From the NCBI GenBank assembly GCA_964575955.1, contig CAZNTG010000006.1, forward strand, positions 96,001 through 160,000: a stretch of DNA of 64,000 bases. Reading direction: 5' to 3'. Shown here in pieces: positions 30,258-40,481 of this stretch. The position numbers and the translations under genes were made by a program. The notes below the pieces were generated by a model. It did not search any database. It was not told where the DNA came from and saw only the letters and a program-made list of their open reading frames with translations. The DNA comes from an uncultured Thermoproteaceae archaeon (GTDB lineage: Archaea > Thermoproteota > Thermoprotei > Thermoproteales > Thermocladiaceae). Position 1 is the stretch's first letter, and every line of letters starts with the position of its first letter.

Positions 30258-31337
30258 GTGAGTGACGTGTTTAAACGATTAGAAATATTTGAAGTACCTA
30301 GTAAAGTATTTTTCGGACCTGGAGCTCTCAGCAGGGTTAGTCAGATAGTTCAGAATTGTTCTTGTGAGAAGATCCTACTATTAACAGGTAGGTGTAATAG
30401 TAGGAAGTATGCTGAAACTGTTCTTGAAAGTCTAGATAAGAGTTGTCAAGTTGAGATTGTTGAAAATGGAGATATTGTAGATGTTTTAAATCTATATGAG
30501 AAGTATAGAAATCAGGATATTGACATAATTATCGGTGTTGGAGGTGGTAAGGTTATTGATGTTGCTAAAGCATTGGCATATCTATTAGATACAGACGTTA
30601 TTTCTGTACCGACAACAGCTAGTCATGATGGAATATCTTCACCATATGTAGCATATCTACTACAACTTGATTTAAGAGAGAAGTTGGGAATATCTAAGGT
30701 GTATAAAGTTCCTAAAGCAATTGTTGCAGACACCGTGGCTATACTATCAGCACCTAGAAGATATCTTGTAGCTGGTATTGGTGAGATTCTCGGTAAGATT
30801 ATAGCTGTTAAAGATTGGGAACTTGCATATAGGATAAAGGGTGAAGAGTTTAGTGAATTTGCAGCTAGACTCTCAATATCTAGCTATGAGATAGTTGTTA
30901 ACAATATTGAAAAATTGAAAGTTCATAATGAGAACTCTGTAAGACTTGTAGTTAAAGCATTGATAGGATGTGGAGTTGCTATGGCAATAGCAGGATCATC
31001 AAGACCATGCAGTGGTTCAGAACACATGTTCTGTCATGCACTAGACCTACTAGCAAGACAACTAGGATTTAAACCACCACTACATGGTGAAGTTGTTGCC
31101 ATCGGAACATTAATGATGGCATATCTACATGGATTAAGGTGGAGAAAGTTGAAGAAGATAATGAAGATTGTTGGACTTCCACTAGACGTTAGAGAGATAG
31201 GACTTGATAGAGATATAATTATTGAAGCACTACTACTAGCACATAAGATAAGACCTGACAGATATACAATATTGGGATCAGATGGCTTAACAAGAACAGC
31301 TGCAGAACAGCTTGTAGATACTATCGGGATAGTCTAG
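30258..31337 (+). CDS. egsA: sn-glycerol-1-phosphate dehydrogenase
   Basis: GVGGGKVIDVAK, VPTTASHDGISSP, AGSSRPCSGSEH, HGE.V, RPDRYTILG. Confidence 0.95.
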   Translation: MSDVFKRLEIFEVPSKVFFGPGALSRVSQIVQNCSCEKILLLTGRCNSRKYAETVLESLDKSCQVEIVENGDIVDVLNLYEKYRNQDIDIIIGVGGGKVIDVAKALAYLLDTDVISVPTTASHDGISSPYVAYLLQLDLREKLGISKVYKVPKAIVADTVAILSAPRRYLVAGIGEILGKIIAVKDWELAYRIKGEEFSEFAARLSISSYEIVVNNIEKLKVHNENSVRLVVKALIGCGVAMAIAGSSRPCSGSEHMFCHALDLLARQLGFKPPLHGEVVAIGTLMMAYLHGLRWRKLKKIMKIVGLPLDVREIGLDRDIIIEALLLAHKIRPDRYTILGSDGLTRTAAEQLVDTIGIV

Positions 31338-31932
31338 ATTCTAGAACTACTCTGAGTATTGAGTTTGCTATAAGTTTAGCAATTCTAATAGGTTCAGGTC
31401 TCTTACCCTCATGTATAAATCTTGAAACTATACTTCTAATAAGTCTTGAAGATTCTTGAATACCTACAACTCTCACATATATATGATATCCATCTCTAAC
31501 ATAGATCTTCAATGGATTTGGAAGATTCCTAAACATACTCAACTTCTTCTCAGCAACTTCCTTAGGAAAGAGTTTACGTATTGCAGATTCAACATCACCT
31601 TCAATATCTTCAAATGTTATTGATATTATTGGAAGTTTAACCTCTTCATAAATCCTCTTGAGATCTACAATATTATACCAAGAGATTATACATCCATCAA
31701 TCATTAAGAAATGTATATCATTTCTACCTAATCTTCTAAACATTCTAATTATAGATTCTGTAGCATCATCACCACCGACAGTACAGGTATCGACTACAAC
31801 ACCATCAACAATACCATCACTCCTACATACAACACCACACAATATAGATTTTGGATATTGAAGTACAAAACTTTCAGCAATTCCAAGTGCTCTAATAGCC
31901 TTCTTACCAAGTATAGACTCTATCTTAGACAC
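31321..31932 (-). CDS. DUF99 family endonuclease V-like protein
   Basis: RALGIAESF, TVGGDDAT, GCIISWYNIVD, PEPIRIAKLIA. Confidence 0.85.
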   Translation of the reverse strand: MSKIESILGKKAIRALGIAESFVLQYPKSILCGVVCRSDGIVDGVVVDTCTVGGDDATESIIRMFRRLGRNDIHFLMIDGCIISWYNIVDLKRIYEEVKLPIISITFEDIEGDVESAIRKLFPKEVAEKKLSMFRNLPNPLKIYVRDGYHIYVRVVGIQESSRLIRSIVSRFIHEGKRPEPIRIAKLIANSILRVVLESRLSR

Positions 31933-31985
31933 TTATCTAGAGATGTAGCTTAATCCTTTAATCCTACCTACACAATCTACATAAC

Positions 31986-32180
31986 ATGGCTAGAGTTGAT
32001 GCTAAATACCTTGAGAAGGTTATAAAGTCAATGCAGAAGATGTTGAAAGATTTAGAACATGGAAAATATCATAAGTATGGTTTTAAGAATATGGAAGAAG
32101 CTGAAGCATTTGCAGAATATATTAGATCGAAAATTGAGCAATATTACAAGATATTGGAGAGGTTAGGAAGATCTAGATAA
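31986..32180 (+). CDS. Small hypothetical helical protein
   Basis: ORF with TTTAAT box upstream and typical codon usage. Confidence 0.6.
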   Translation: MARVDAKYLEKVIKSMQKMLKDLEHGKYHKYGFKNMEEAEAFAEYIRSKIEQYYKILERLGRSR

Positions 32181-32583
32181 ATACCTTATCTCTCTCAGGT
32201 CCTGGATAGGGACCTTCCTTTATCTCTAACACTTTAGAATCTTTAACATACTCAACCTCATGTGGACAACGCATAATTATACACATACCTTTCTCAAGAT
32301 TTACACACTTCACAAGATTACCATCATTATCGTATAGACACACCTTAATAACACCGTCAAGTACTAGTAAAATCTCAACACCAATACCTAAGATGCGTTC
32401 TCTATAGTGTAGATGTGGCTTAACGTAGTATCCTTTCTCTCTTGAGAGTATACATGTCTGTATACCCCATGGGTCAGGTGTTAATATTAGAGTTTCACCT
32501 TCTCTTATACTTCTAGATACCTTTTTTAGATTAAATATTATAGCTATAAGTTGACCATTTTTGTCAAATACCTTCTCTATCAT
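32173..32583 (-). CDS. Cupin-fold protein (WbuC-like) of the glycan cluster
   Basis: KPHLH, E.LLV..G, H, LEIKEGPY.G..DK. Confidence 0.75.
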   Translation of the reverse strand: MIEKVFDKNGQLIAIIFNLKKVSRSIREGETLILTPDPWGIQTCILSREKGYYVKPHLHYRERILGIGVEILLVLDGVIKVCLYDNDGNLVKCVNLEKGMCIIMRCPHEVEYVKDSKVLEIKEGPYPGPERDKVFI

Positions 32584-32585
32584 TA

Positions 32586-33692
32586 TTACAATTCTCTAAT
32601 AACTTTCCTAATTATCTCAGCTACATATCTCACATCATCTTCACTTATTTTAGGTCCTGATGGTAGATTAAGACCTTTTTGAGATAGCATTACACTATTA
32701 ACTATTCTACATTTTAGAATAGCTCTATCTCTATATGCTGGTTGTATATGTATTGGATTGAAGAATTTTCTAGTCTCTATACCATGCTCTTCAAGTTTTT
32801 TAACTAGTCTATCTCTAACCTCTTGAGATTTTAATACAATACTATATAGCCAGTAGACACATCTAGCCCATGGCTTTTCAGGATGTAGCTGTTCAATATG
32901 TTCAATATTTGAAAGTTCTTCTTCATATATTTTTGCAATTCTCCTTTTCCATTCTATCAATTTATCAATCTTCTTCATCTGAGATATTCCAAGTGCTGCT
33001 TGTAGACCTGTCATTCTATAGTTTAGACCTGGAACTACGTGCCAATATCTTGGCTTCATACCATGATCACGGTAAAGTCTAACTTTTTCTGCTATTTCAT
33101 CATCATTAGTAACAACCATACCACCCTCACCAGTAGTAATAATCTTATTTGCAAAGAAGCTAAAACATGCTATATGACCTATAGTACCTACCTTCCTACC
33201 TCTATATTCTGCGCCATGAGCTTCTGCACAATCTTCAATTATGTATAGTCCATACTTCTCAGCTATCTCAACTATAGGATCCATATCTGCAGGATGTCCA
33301 TATAGGTGTACTACTATTATTGCCTTAGTACGTTCTGTTATGCATTTTTCAACTATATTAGGATCGATACACCAGTAGTCGTATGTTACATCTACTAGAA
33401 CTGGACGTGCACCAACGTGAATAATTACGTTTATGGGAGATGCAAATGTTAAATCTGGAACTATTACTTCATCTCCTGGACCGATACCAAGTGCAAGTAG
33501 TGAGAGGTGTAGTGCTGCTGTTCCGCTTGAACATGCTATAGCATGTTTAACACCAAGCCAAGAAGAAAAAACACGCTCAAACTCAGATACTGCTGGACTT
33601 ATACCACTTATATATCCTGTCTTAAGTACATCCATTATTGAGAATATATCATCAACATCTATTACAGGACATGCAACTGGTATCTTAATCAT
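32586..33692 (-). CDS. DegT/DnrJ sugar aminotransferase (GDP-perosamine synthase-like)
   Basis: SSGTAALHL, VHLYGHP, IEDCAEAHG, SFFANKIITTGEGG, RYWH...G.NYRMT.LQAALG, VYWLYSI. Confidence 0.92.
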   Translation of the reverse strand: MIKIPVACPVIDVDDIFSIMDVLKTGYISGISPAVSEFERVFSSWLGVKHAIACSSGTAALHLSLLALGIGPGDEVIVPDLTFASPINVIIHVGARPVLVDVTYDYWCIDPNIVEKCITERTKAIIVVHLYGHPADMDPIVEIAEKYGLYIIEDCAEAHGAEYRGRKVGTIGHIACFSFFANKIITTGEGGMVVTNDDEIAEKVRLYRDHGMKPRYWHVVPGLNYRMTGLQAALGISQMKKIDKLIEWKRRIAKIYEEELSNIEHIEQLHPEKPWARCVYWLYSIVLKSQEVRDRLVKKLEEHGIETRKFFNPIHIQPAYRDRAILKCRIVNSVMLSQKGLNLPSGPKISEDDVRYVAEIIRKVIREL

Positions 33693-34687
33693 GTTAGTCA
33701 GATTTTCTTAAAGAAATTCATTATTACCTCACACACATACATAACTTCCTCATCTTTCATATGTGGGTATATGGGTATGTTAATTATCTCTCTATAAGCT
33801 TGTTCACTTCTCTCTAAACTATAATCAACATATTTTTTAAATATTGGCTGTATGTGAAGTGGAGGGAAGTATATTCTAGTCTCAACTCCATGATCTTCTA
33901 AGAATTTGATTAATCTATCTCTGATATCAGGTCTAACTCTTATGTAGTATGTCATGTATACATGTCTACAATGTGGTAATTCTACAGGTGTTTTAACATG
34001 ATCTATCTTTGATAGATATTCATCATACATCTTCGCAATTCTTCTTCTCAACTCTATAATCTTATCAATCTTCTTCATCTGTACAAGTCCAATAGCTGCC
34101 TGCATCTCAGTCATGTGGTAGTTATTTCCAAGCATGACATAGTTAAATCTACCCTTCTGACCATAGTTACATACAATTCTAACTTTTTCTGCTATTTCAT
34201 CATCATTAGTAACAACCATACCACCCTCACCAGTAGTAATAATCTTGTTAGGTGAAAATGCGAATATTGCAACATGACCGAAAGTTCCAACCTTCCTACC
34301 TCTATAGAGTGCTCCCTGTGCTTCAGCACAATCCTCAATAAGGTATATTCCATGCCTCTCAGCAATATCTAAAAGCTCATCAAGCTCAGCTGGATGACCA
34401 CCATAGTGTATTGGTATTATTGCTCTAGTTCTACTAGTAATCTTCCTCCTAACATCACTAGGATCAAGATTTAGAGTATCTAACTCAATATCTGCAAATA
34501 CAGGCTTTGCACCACAGAGAACAACAGCAACTGCAGGAGGACCACAACTAAATGATGGAACTATTACTTCATCTCCTGGACCAACACCTAAAGCTAGTAG
34601 AACAGCATGAAGTGCTGCTGTTCCGCTTGAACATGCTATAGCATGTTTAACACCAAGCCAAGAAGAAAAAACACGCTCAAACTCAGA
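33078..34687. repeat. Exact DNA patches shared by the two DegT paralogs at a constant 1100-bp offset
   Basis: 33078-33146=34178-34246 (69 bp), 33456-33482=34556-34582 (27 bp), 33511-33587=34611-34687 (77 bp). Confidence 0.9.
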
Positions 34688-34789
34688 AACATTCTTACCA
34701 TACCTCAACATCTTACTTCTAACAGTCTCATAGACAGCTCTAGCCTCTTCCTCATCAATCCAAGGATCTGAAAATGGTATTTTCATCAT
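33698..34789 (-). CDS. DegT/DnrJ sugar aminotransferase (second paralog)
   Basis: SSGTAALH, IEDCAEAQG, NKIITTGEGG, GNNYHMTEMQAAIG. Confidence 0.92.
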   Translation of the reverse strand: MMKIPFSDPWIDEEEARAVYETVRSKMLRYGKNVSEFERVFSSWLGVKHAIACSSGTAALHAVLLALGVGPGDEVIVPSFSCGPPAVAVVLCGAKPVFADIELDTLNLDPSDVRRKITSRTRAIIPIHYGGHPAELDELLDIAERHGIYLIEDCAEAQGALYRGRKVGTFGHVAIFAFSPNKIITTGEGGMVVTNDDEIAEKVRIVCNYGQKGRFNYVMLGNNYHMTEMQAAIGLVQMKKIDKIIELRRRIAKMYDEYLSKIDHVKTPVELPHCRHVYMTYYIRVRPDIRDRLIKFLEDHGVETRIYFPPLHIQPIFKKYVDYSLERSEQAYREIINIPIYPHMKDEEVMYVCEVIMNFFKKI

Positions 34790-34839
34790 AATTTTAAAAT
34801 ATGTTAAACTATTTAAATGATTCTACCTAGAGATTAAGT

Positions 34840-35724
34840 ATGAAAGTAGTGGTAATAGGTTCAGAAGGTTTTATAGGTAAAAATTTATGTAAACATCTAT
34901 ACAATAAAGATCTCAAAGTAATAGGAGTAGATATTATAGATAAAACTTTAGAAATATATGAAGATTATATAAAGGCAGATATTAGAGTTGATATAGATAA
35001 GCTAGTTAAAATATTTGAAGAACATAGACCTGAAATAACAATTTGCCTATCACATGATAAAGATACAATACGTGGAAATATATCAATTGTAGAGAACATA
35101 TTAAACATATGTAGTAAATATGGTACATATTTAATATATTTCAGTAGTGCAGCAGTCTATGGATATATTGCACCAAACGCAAAACCAGGATTAGAAAATC
35201 CAATAACATTATATGGAATTCAGAAATTAATAACTGAAAATACTATAAAACTACTATCAAAAATATTAAGTTATGATAGATGGATAATTGTAAGACCGTG
35301 GGATGTTCTTGGAGAGAGATGTAGAAATAATGCAATATGTATGTTAATTGATAGACTTTTGAAGAATAAGAAGATTGATCTATATTTTGAAGGTCTTCAA
35401 ATAACAGATTGGATACATGTAAATGATCTATGTAGAATAATATCAAATCTATGTATAGACATGTATGAGAGTAAGATAGATATTCCAAACATACTTAACA
35501 TAGCATCAGGAGATCCTAAGACTTTTAGAGAGATTTTTAATATTGTGAAAAATATACTTGATAGTGATGAATATGTTATAAATTACATATCTTTTGAAGA
35601 AAGTTTTAAGAGAGGTGCTAGATACTTAATGACATATCCTGATAGAGAAACATTGAGATATGTAGAGAAGATAGGTATAACATACAATATTAATCAAGCA
35701 ATTAGAGAAATCTTAGCAAGATGA
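34840..35724 (+). CDS. NAD-dependent epimerase/dehydratase (extended SDR)
   Basis: GSEGFIG, SSAAVYG, YGIQK, DWIHVND, NIASG. Confidence 0.88.
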   Translation: MKVVVIGSEGFIGKNLCKHLYNKDLKVIGVDIIDKTLEIYEDYIKADIRVDIDKLVKIFEEHRPEITICLSHDKDTIRGNISIVENILNICSKYGTYLIYFSSAAVYGYIAPNAKPGLENPITLYGIQKLITENTIKLLSKILSYDRWIIVRPWDVLGERCRNNAICMLIDRLLKNKKIDLYFEGLQITDWIHVNDLCRIISNLCIDMYESKIDIPNILNIASGDPKTFREIFNIVKNILDSDEYVINYISFEESFKRGARYLMTYPDRETLRYVEKIGITYNINQAIREILAR

Positions 35725-36788
35725 ATATTGGTGAAGATATAGTTTGGATTGATATTCCACATCCAAAATATGCATGGGAATTTAGAAAGCTCTTAGAGTT
35801 ATTAGAGAAGAAGAATTTTAAGACATTAATCACTGCTAGAGATGGTTTAGGAATTTTAGAGATATGTAAATTATTGAAATATAGTAATATAACTGTTGTT
35901 GGTAAGTATGGAAAAAGTATAGAAGAGAAGCTTATATACGATATTGAGAGAATGAGAGAATTTTACAATATTTTAAGAAGATTAAATAGTAAAGTTATAG
36001 CATGCATTGGTGTAGATTCAGCAAGCTTAAGAGTTGCATATGGATTAAAGATACGTACTGTATGTGTAAATGATACTCCAAAAAATGTTAAGTTATGTAG
36101 ATTAACAATATCAATATCAGACTACTTAATAACACCTAGATGTTGTGTTGAAAATTTTAAGAAATTATACAATTTGAAATTTACAAAAGTCATAGATTAT
36201 GATGGTATTGAAGAAAGGTCATATATAACACCTGAATTAGTAGACATAAAACTACACTATGCTAAGAGAAGAGATAGAATTAACATAGTGTTGAGAGATG
36301 TAGAATACTTATCGTCATATGCTATCTCCTCAAAAGTAGATATTGTTAAAATTATTGAGATTATTAAGAGAAGTTTCGATAATGTAAGTATACTACTACT
36401 TGCAAGATATGAAGAAGATTATGGAAAGTATATTGATATTAAAAGGAAGTTTGATAGAGAGGTAGATATTATTGTTCCTAGAAGAAGTCTACTCTTACCA
36501 ATATATTTAACATGTGTAGATTTAGTGATAGGTTCTGGAGGTACTATATGTAGAGAATCTACACTTCTCGGTATTCCAACAATATCATTCTACTTTTGGG
36601 ATGAACAGATGAGATATTTAAACAAACTTGGATTTCCAAATATGTACTCTAGACCTTCTCAACTATTAGAAAATATTTCAAAAATAGTTAAAGATTTAGA
36701 TAGATATTGTGTAGATACTAGAAGTATGTTGACTAGAATGGAAAGTCCTTTAGAGTATATTGTTGAGATTATTTGTAAACTTCTATAA
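35721..36788 (+). CDS. DUF354 family GT-B glycosyltransferase-like protein
   Basis: VWIDI.HP, ITARD, VGKYG, RVAYGL, NDTP, YDGIEE, GSGGT..RE..LLGIPTIS. Confidence 0.82.
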   Translation: MNIGEDIVWIDIPHPKYAWEFRKLLELLEKKNFKTLITARDGLGILEICKLLKYSNITVVGKYGKSIEEKLIYDIERMREFYNILRRLNSKVIACIGVDSASLRVAYGLKIRTVCVNDTPKNVKLCRLTISISDYLITPRCCVENFKKLYNLKFTKVIDYDGIEERSYITPELVDIKLHYAKRRDRINIVLRDVEYLSSYAISSKVDIVKIIEIIKRSFDNVSILLLARYEEDYGKYIDIKRKFDREVDIIVPRRSLLLPIYLTCVDLVIGSGGTICRESTLLGIPTISFYFWDEQMRYLNKLGFPNMYSRPSQLLENISKIVKDLDRYCVDTRSMLTRMESPLEYIVEIICKLL

Positions 36789-36792
36789 TCAT

Positions 36793-37620
36793 CTAACGTC
36801 TATGTAGTATATTTCCTATTAAGGTGAAGAGCCATCTTAGAAAGTAGTATATGGGTAGTAGTATGGTTATCGTTCTACCAAGTCTTGAGCTTATAATCAT
36901 GTATATTACTCCTCTAGGTATTGATGCAAATGTTCTAACTAGTAGTGACTTTATAGAGAAATGTTGTGCTCCCGAACTTGATGGATCTAAATGTTTAATC
37001 AGGTTTTCACGAATAGTACCTCTATACCTGTGATATATCTCTACATCATCTCTTATAACAATTCTATAATTTTCACATTTTAATCTCTTATTAAGATCAT
37101 GATCTTCACCACCTCTCAGAGTATTATTAAATCTTATTCTTGAAATTATATCTCTTCTATATACTGTACCTCCACATGGAGGATCACTAAAGACTTTACT
37201 ATGAGCATATACTAGAGATTCTTCAAGTAGAGCACCCCACTTATCTACTATAGATATTATTTTAGGACCTACAGCAGCAATCTTAGTATTGTTGAACGAT
37301 TTTAAGATTTTTTTAAAATAATCTCTAGTTAATACTATATCACTATCAACCATGCAGATGTAGTCTCTTGATGATATATCGAGACATATATTTCTAAGAT
37401 ATCCTAGAGGTCCATCTTTAACTATGATTGTGAGTTTAGAATATTTTTTCAATATTTTCAATATCTTTCTATGTATATCGTCTATATCAAGTTTAGCTGT
37501 TATTAGTATTATAGAGTTTATGAATTCTCTATTAAGTAGTAGAGATCCTAAAGTTTCAGGAAGTATTTCAGATATGCTTCTTGTAACAATACACACATCT
37601 ACACATTTACTTGATGACAC
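36793..37620 (-). CDS. Family 2 glycosyltransferase
   Basis: RN, VDSD (DxD), YRR, GGEDHD. Confidence 0.85.
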   Translation of the reverse strand: MSSSKCVDVCIVTRSISEILPETLGSLLLNREFINSIILITAKLDIDDIHRKILKILKKYSKLTIIVKDGPLGYLRNICLDISSRDYICMVDSDIVLTRDYFKKILKSFNNTKIAAVGPKIISIVDKWGALLEESLVYAHSKVFSDPPCGGTVYRRDIISRIRFNNTLRGGEDHDLNKRLKCENYRIVIRDDVEIYHRYRGTIRENLIKHLDPSSSGAQHFSIKSLLVRTFASIPRGVIYMIISSRLGRTITILLPIYYFLRWLFTLIGNILHRR

Positions 37621-37678
37621 CTATACTAGCTTCTTTAGAAGATATTAATCTTCTAGTGCATATTGAAGAAATATTTAA

Positions 37679-38434
37679 ATGATGCCAAAACTGTTGAACG
37701 TTGTGATCGAGAATCTGAAGGTAGATCAGTATAAAGTTGACATAGCTATAAAGTTATTGAAGTGGACCTGTAGATTTTCAAGACCTGCAGTATGTTTTTC
37801 AGGTGGTAAGGATAGTCTTGTAGTTCTTGATCTTATAGCTAAAATTCCTGAGCTTAGAGAGAAGATATTGATATTGAGTGATGATCCAATAATGCCTGAG
37901 GAGTATTATGATTATTGTGAAAGAATTTTAGAGAAGTATAATTTTAAGAATGTACATTGGCTTAGAGACTATATTAGACCTGAGGATTGGAATTATAGAA
38001 TTGAAAAGACTAAAGATGTAGTACTCTGTTGCTACCATTTGAAAATATTACCAGTTCAGAGATTCATACTTGAAAATAAGATAGAAGCTCTAATTGTAGC
38101 AATTAGAGGAGATGAACATCAAGAGAGACAAAAGGAAAAGTATGTCAGTATTAGAAAGACACCACACTACAAGATATTTAGAGTACACCCAATACTATCA
38201 TGGAAGCTATCTGACGTGTGGGCTTACATAACTGAGAATAATTTAGAGATTAACCCACTATATCTTAAAGGATATACAAGCCTTCAATGTATGCCATGTT
38301 TAAAGAGACTACCTGTAGAATTTAGAGATGTTAAAGAACTTATAGAATATTCTCTAAAACATGGAGATAGACAAGTTAGATTAGAAGAGAAGGAGGTGAA
38401 AATGCATATATTGAGGAAATTAGGCTACTTCTAA
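37679..38434 (+). CDS. PAPS-reductase/CysD-family PP-loop adenylyltransferase-like protein
   Basis: FSGGKDSLV, CCYHLK, AIRGDE, RVHPILSW, NPLY.KGYTSLQCMPC, C-terminal LRKLGYF. Confidence 0.85.
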   Translation: MMPKLLNVVIENLKVDQYKVDIAIKLLKWTCRFSRPAVCFSGGKDSLVVLDLIAKIPELREKILILSDDPIMPEEYYDYCERILEKYNFKNVHWLRDYIRPEDWNYRIEKTKDVVLCCYHLKILPVQRFILENKIEALIVAIRGDEHQERQKEKYVSIRKTPHYKIFRVHPILSWKLSDVWAYITENNLEINPLYLKGYTSLQCMPCLKRLPVEFRDVKELIEYSLKHGDRQVRLEEKEVKMHILRKLGYF

Positions 38435-39313
38435 GTGAGAAAAGTATTTGTAATAGGTCTAGACTGTCTCGACTATTATATAGTAGAAAATTTAAATTGT
38501 AAAGAATTTCTACAAAAAGTACATAAAAAACTTGAAACTATAATAAATCCAGAAGTTGGTGAACCAAGCACAGAAGAGATATGGATTAGCATTATAACTG
38601 GAGTACCACCTGAAGTTCATAAAGTTAGAGCTGGTCAAGCAAAAAGATGGAAAAGTAAAACATTGCAAAAATTTAGAGAAGTTTTGATAAAGATTGAGAA
38701 GAAGAATAGAAGTGTAGAGAGGCTAATATCAAAATTAAGACCAGGTAAATTCTTTGAAAAACTTGGATTTGAGAAAACAGGAATTGTAGATAACCTACCT
38801 GTTAAAACAATATTTGACATAGTTAAACCATCAATAGCCTACTCAATACCTGTCTATAATGAAGATCTAAACAAGTATTGGGAATTGATTGGTTGGAGAA
38901 GTAGAGATTACGCACTTAAGCATAGAGAGATAATAGCTAAAAGAGCAAGAGAATACTTCTTAAAAGAGGTTGAGGAAACTTTAAAATTAATAAAGAATGA
39001 CTGGATATTATTTTTCGTACATTATCAATATATAGACGATATATCTCACATGTATTATGACGAGCCAGAGATTATAGAACAGACATATTATGAAGTTGAG
39101 GAGATTATTAAAAATATTAAGAATAACCTACCAAAGGATACTGTAGTATTAATAGTGTCAGATCATGGAATTAATGATATTGGACTTCATGCACCATACT
39201 CATTCTTCTCTATCAATGTTAAGATAGATGAAAAGTACTTACCAAAATCTGTACTTGATTTAAAAGATTTCATAATAAATTTAATATATGAGAAGATACC
39301 TATAGAAGATTAG
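38435..39313 (+). CDS. Alkaline phosphatase superfamily (phosphodiesterase/sulfatase-like) protein
   Basis: VIGLDCLD, PSTEEIWISIITG, DDISH, VSDHG, H. Confidence 0.82.
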   Translation: MRKVFVIGLDCLDYYIVENLNCKEFLQKVHKKLETIINPEVGEPSTEEIWISIITGVPPEVHKVRAGQAKRWKSKTLQKFREVLIKIEKKNRSVERLISKLRPGKFFEKLGFEKTGIVDNLPVKTIFDIVKPSIAYSIPVYNEDLNKYWELIGWRSRDYALKHREIIAKRAREYFLKEVEETLKLIKNDWILFFVHYQYIDDISHMYYDEPEIIEQTYYEVEEIIKNIKNNLPKDTVVLIVSDHGINDIGLHAPYSFFSINVKIDEKYLPKSVLDLKDFIINLIYEKIPIED

Positions 39314-40481
39314 ATACAATATCTATAATACGTCTATAAAGTTCATCTTCACTAAACTTGTAGAGTCCTGATATTAGAGAATTTCTCATAGAAATGTACT
39401 GAGATTCACTAACTTCAAGAAGTTTTGACAATTTTTCAACAGCTTCTTCTATGTTTGTGTATAGGTATTCTTTTTTGTAGTTTACTATTTCAAATGCTCC
39501 TCCACCAGCATAGAGAAGTGGTAAACAACCAGAAGCAATACCCTCCAAACAAGCAATAGAAAGAGGCTCTTGAAGATACCAAGGTTCTCTAAATCCCATT
39601 GTATGTAGAAATACTTTAGACCTTGATAATAGTTTTAGAAGATCTCTCAATGGTATATTTGGGTAAAGTTTAACATTTTTCAAATTGAATCTATCAACCA
39701 GCTTTTTAACATAATTAAAATACCATAGATTATTCTCTGTAACTATTCCACATATTCTAAATTCTTGATCAATACCATAGTATTCTTTGGCTAATTTTGC
39801 AATTAGTACTTGAATATGTTGTTTCTTCTCTCGATTAAAATTAGCTAAAGAAATTACACCATCTCTCTCAGTATTGTTAGAAATTTTTAGAAATGTTGAT
39901 AGATCTACAGGTGGGTATATCACACCATCAACAGGAACTTTGAGACATTTTTCCATTATAAGTTTACACCACTCGGAATCGGTGAATACTAGTATATTAT
40001 CGCTATTCTCTTCTTTAATCTTCTTCAATCTATCTACACTATCTAAAACAAGTTTTAGATAAGGTGCGTAGTATATCTTCTTAACAATTCTAGATCTACT
40101 ATATGCTAAATGTGTAAGATAGTGATAGGGTTTGTAGAGTATTATTACATATTTTTTATATCTACATAGTGGATTGTATATGAAGTCTCCTGACATGTTG
40201 AATATTATGTCAAATTTTCTAAATATTGTTGACATGTTTAGAAGTAGCGAGTTATATATTAGTAGTAGAGGTTTTTTACGTGGAATATTTAGACTTATAA
40301 ATCTTGTTCTTCTAAGTTTTTTACCAAATCTTTCATATATTTTTACAGGATCTATCTTATGTATTGAGAATATTGAGACTTCAAAGCCAATATCTTCTAA
40401 TATTTTTGCTATAGTTATTGAAAATCTAGCACCACCACCATAACCGACAAATTTATGTAATATTGCAGCTTTCTTAGACAT
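39300..40481 (-). CDS. Family 4 glycosyltransferase (Alg11-like)
   Basis: GGG, IYPPVD, EKKQ, FLHTM, EPLSIACLEGIASG. Confidence 0.88.
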   Translation of the reverse strand: MSKKAAILHKFVGYGGGARFSITIAKILEDIGFEVSIFSIHKIDPVKIYERFGKKLRRTRFISLNIPRKKPLLLIYNSLLLNMSTIFRKFDIIFNMSGDFIYNPLCRYKKYVIILYKPYHYLTHLAYSRSRIVKKIYYAPYLKLVLDSVDRLKKIKEENSDNILVFTDSEWCKLIMEKCLKVPVDGVIYPPVDLSTFLKISNNTERDGVISLANFNREKKQHIQVLIAKLAKEYYGIDQEFRICGIVTENNLWYFNYVKKLVDRFNLKNVKLYPNIPLRDLLKLLSRSKVFLHTMGFREPWYLQEPLSIACLEGIASGCLPLLYAGGGAFEIVNYKKEYLYTNIEEAVEKLSKLLEVSESQYISMRNSLISGLYKFSEDELYRRIIDIVSNLL

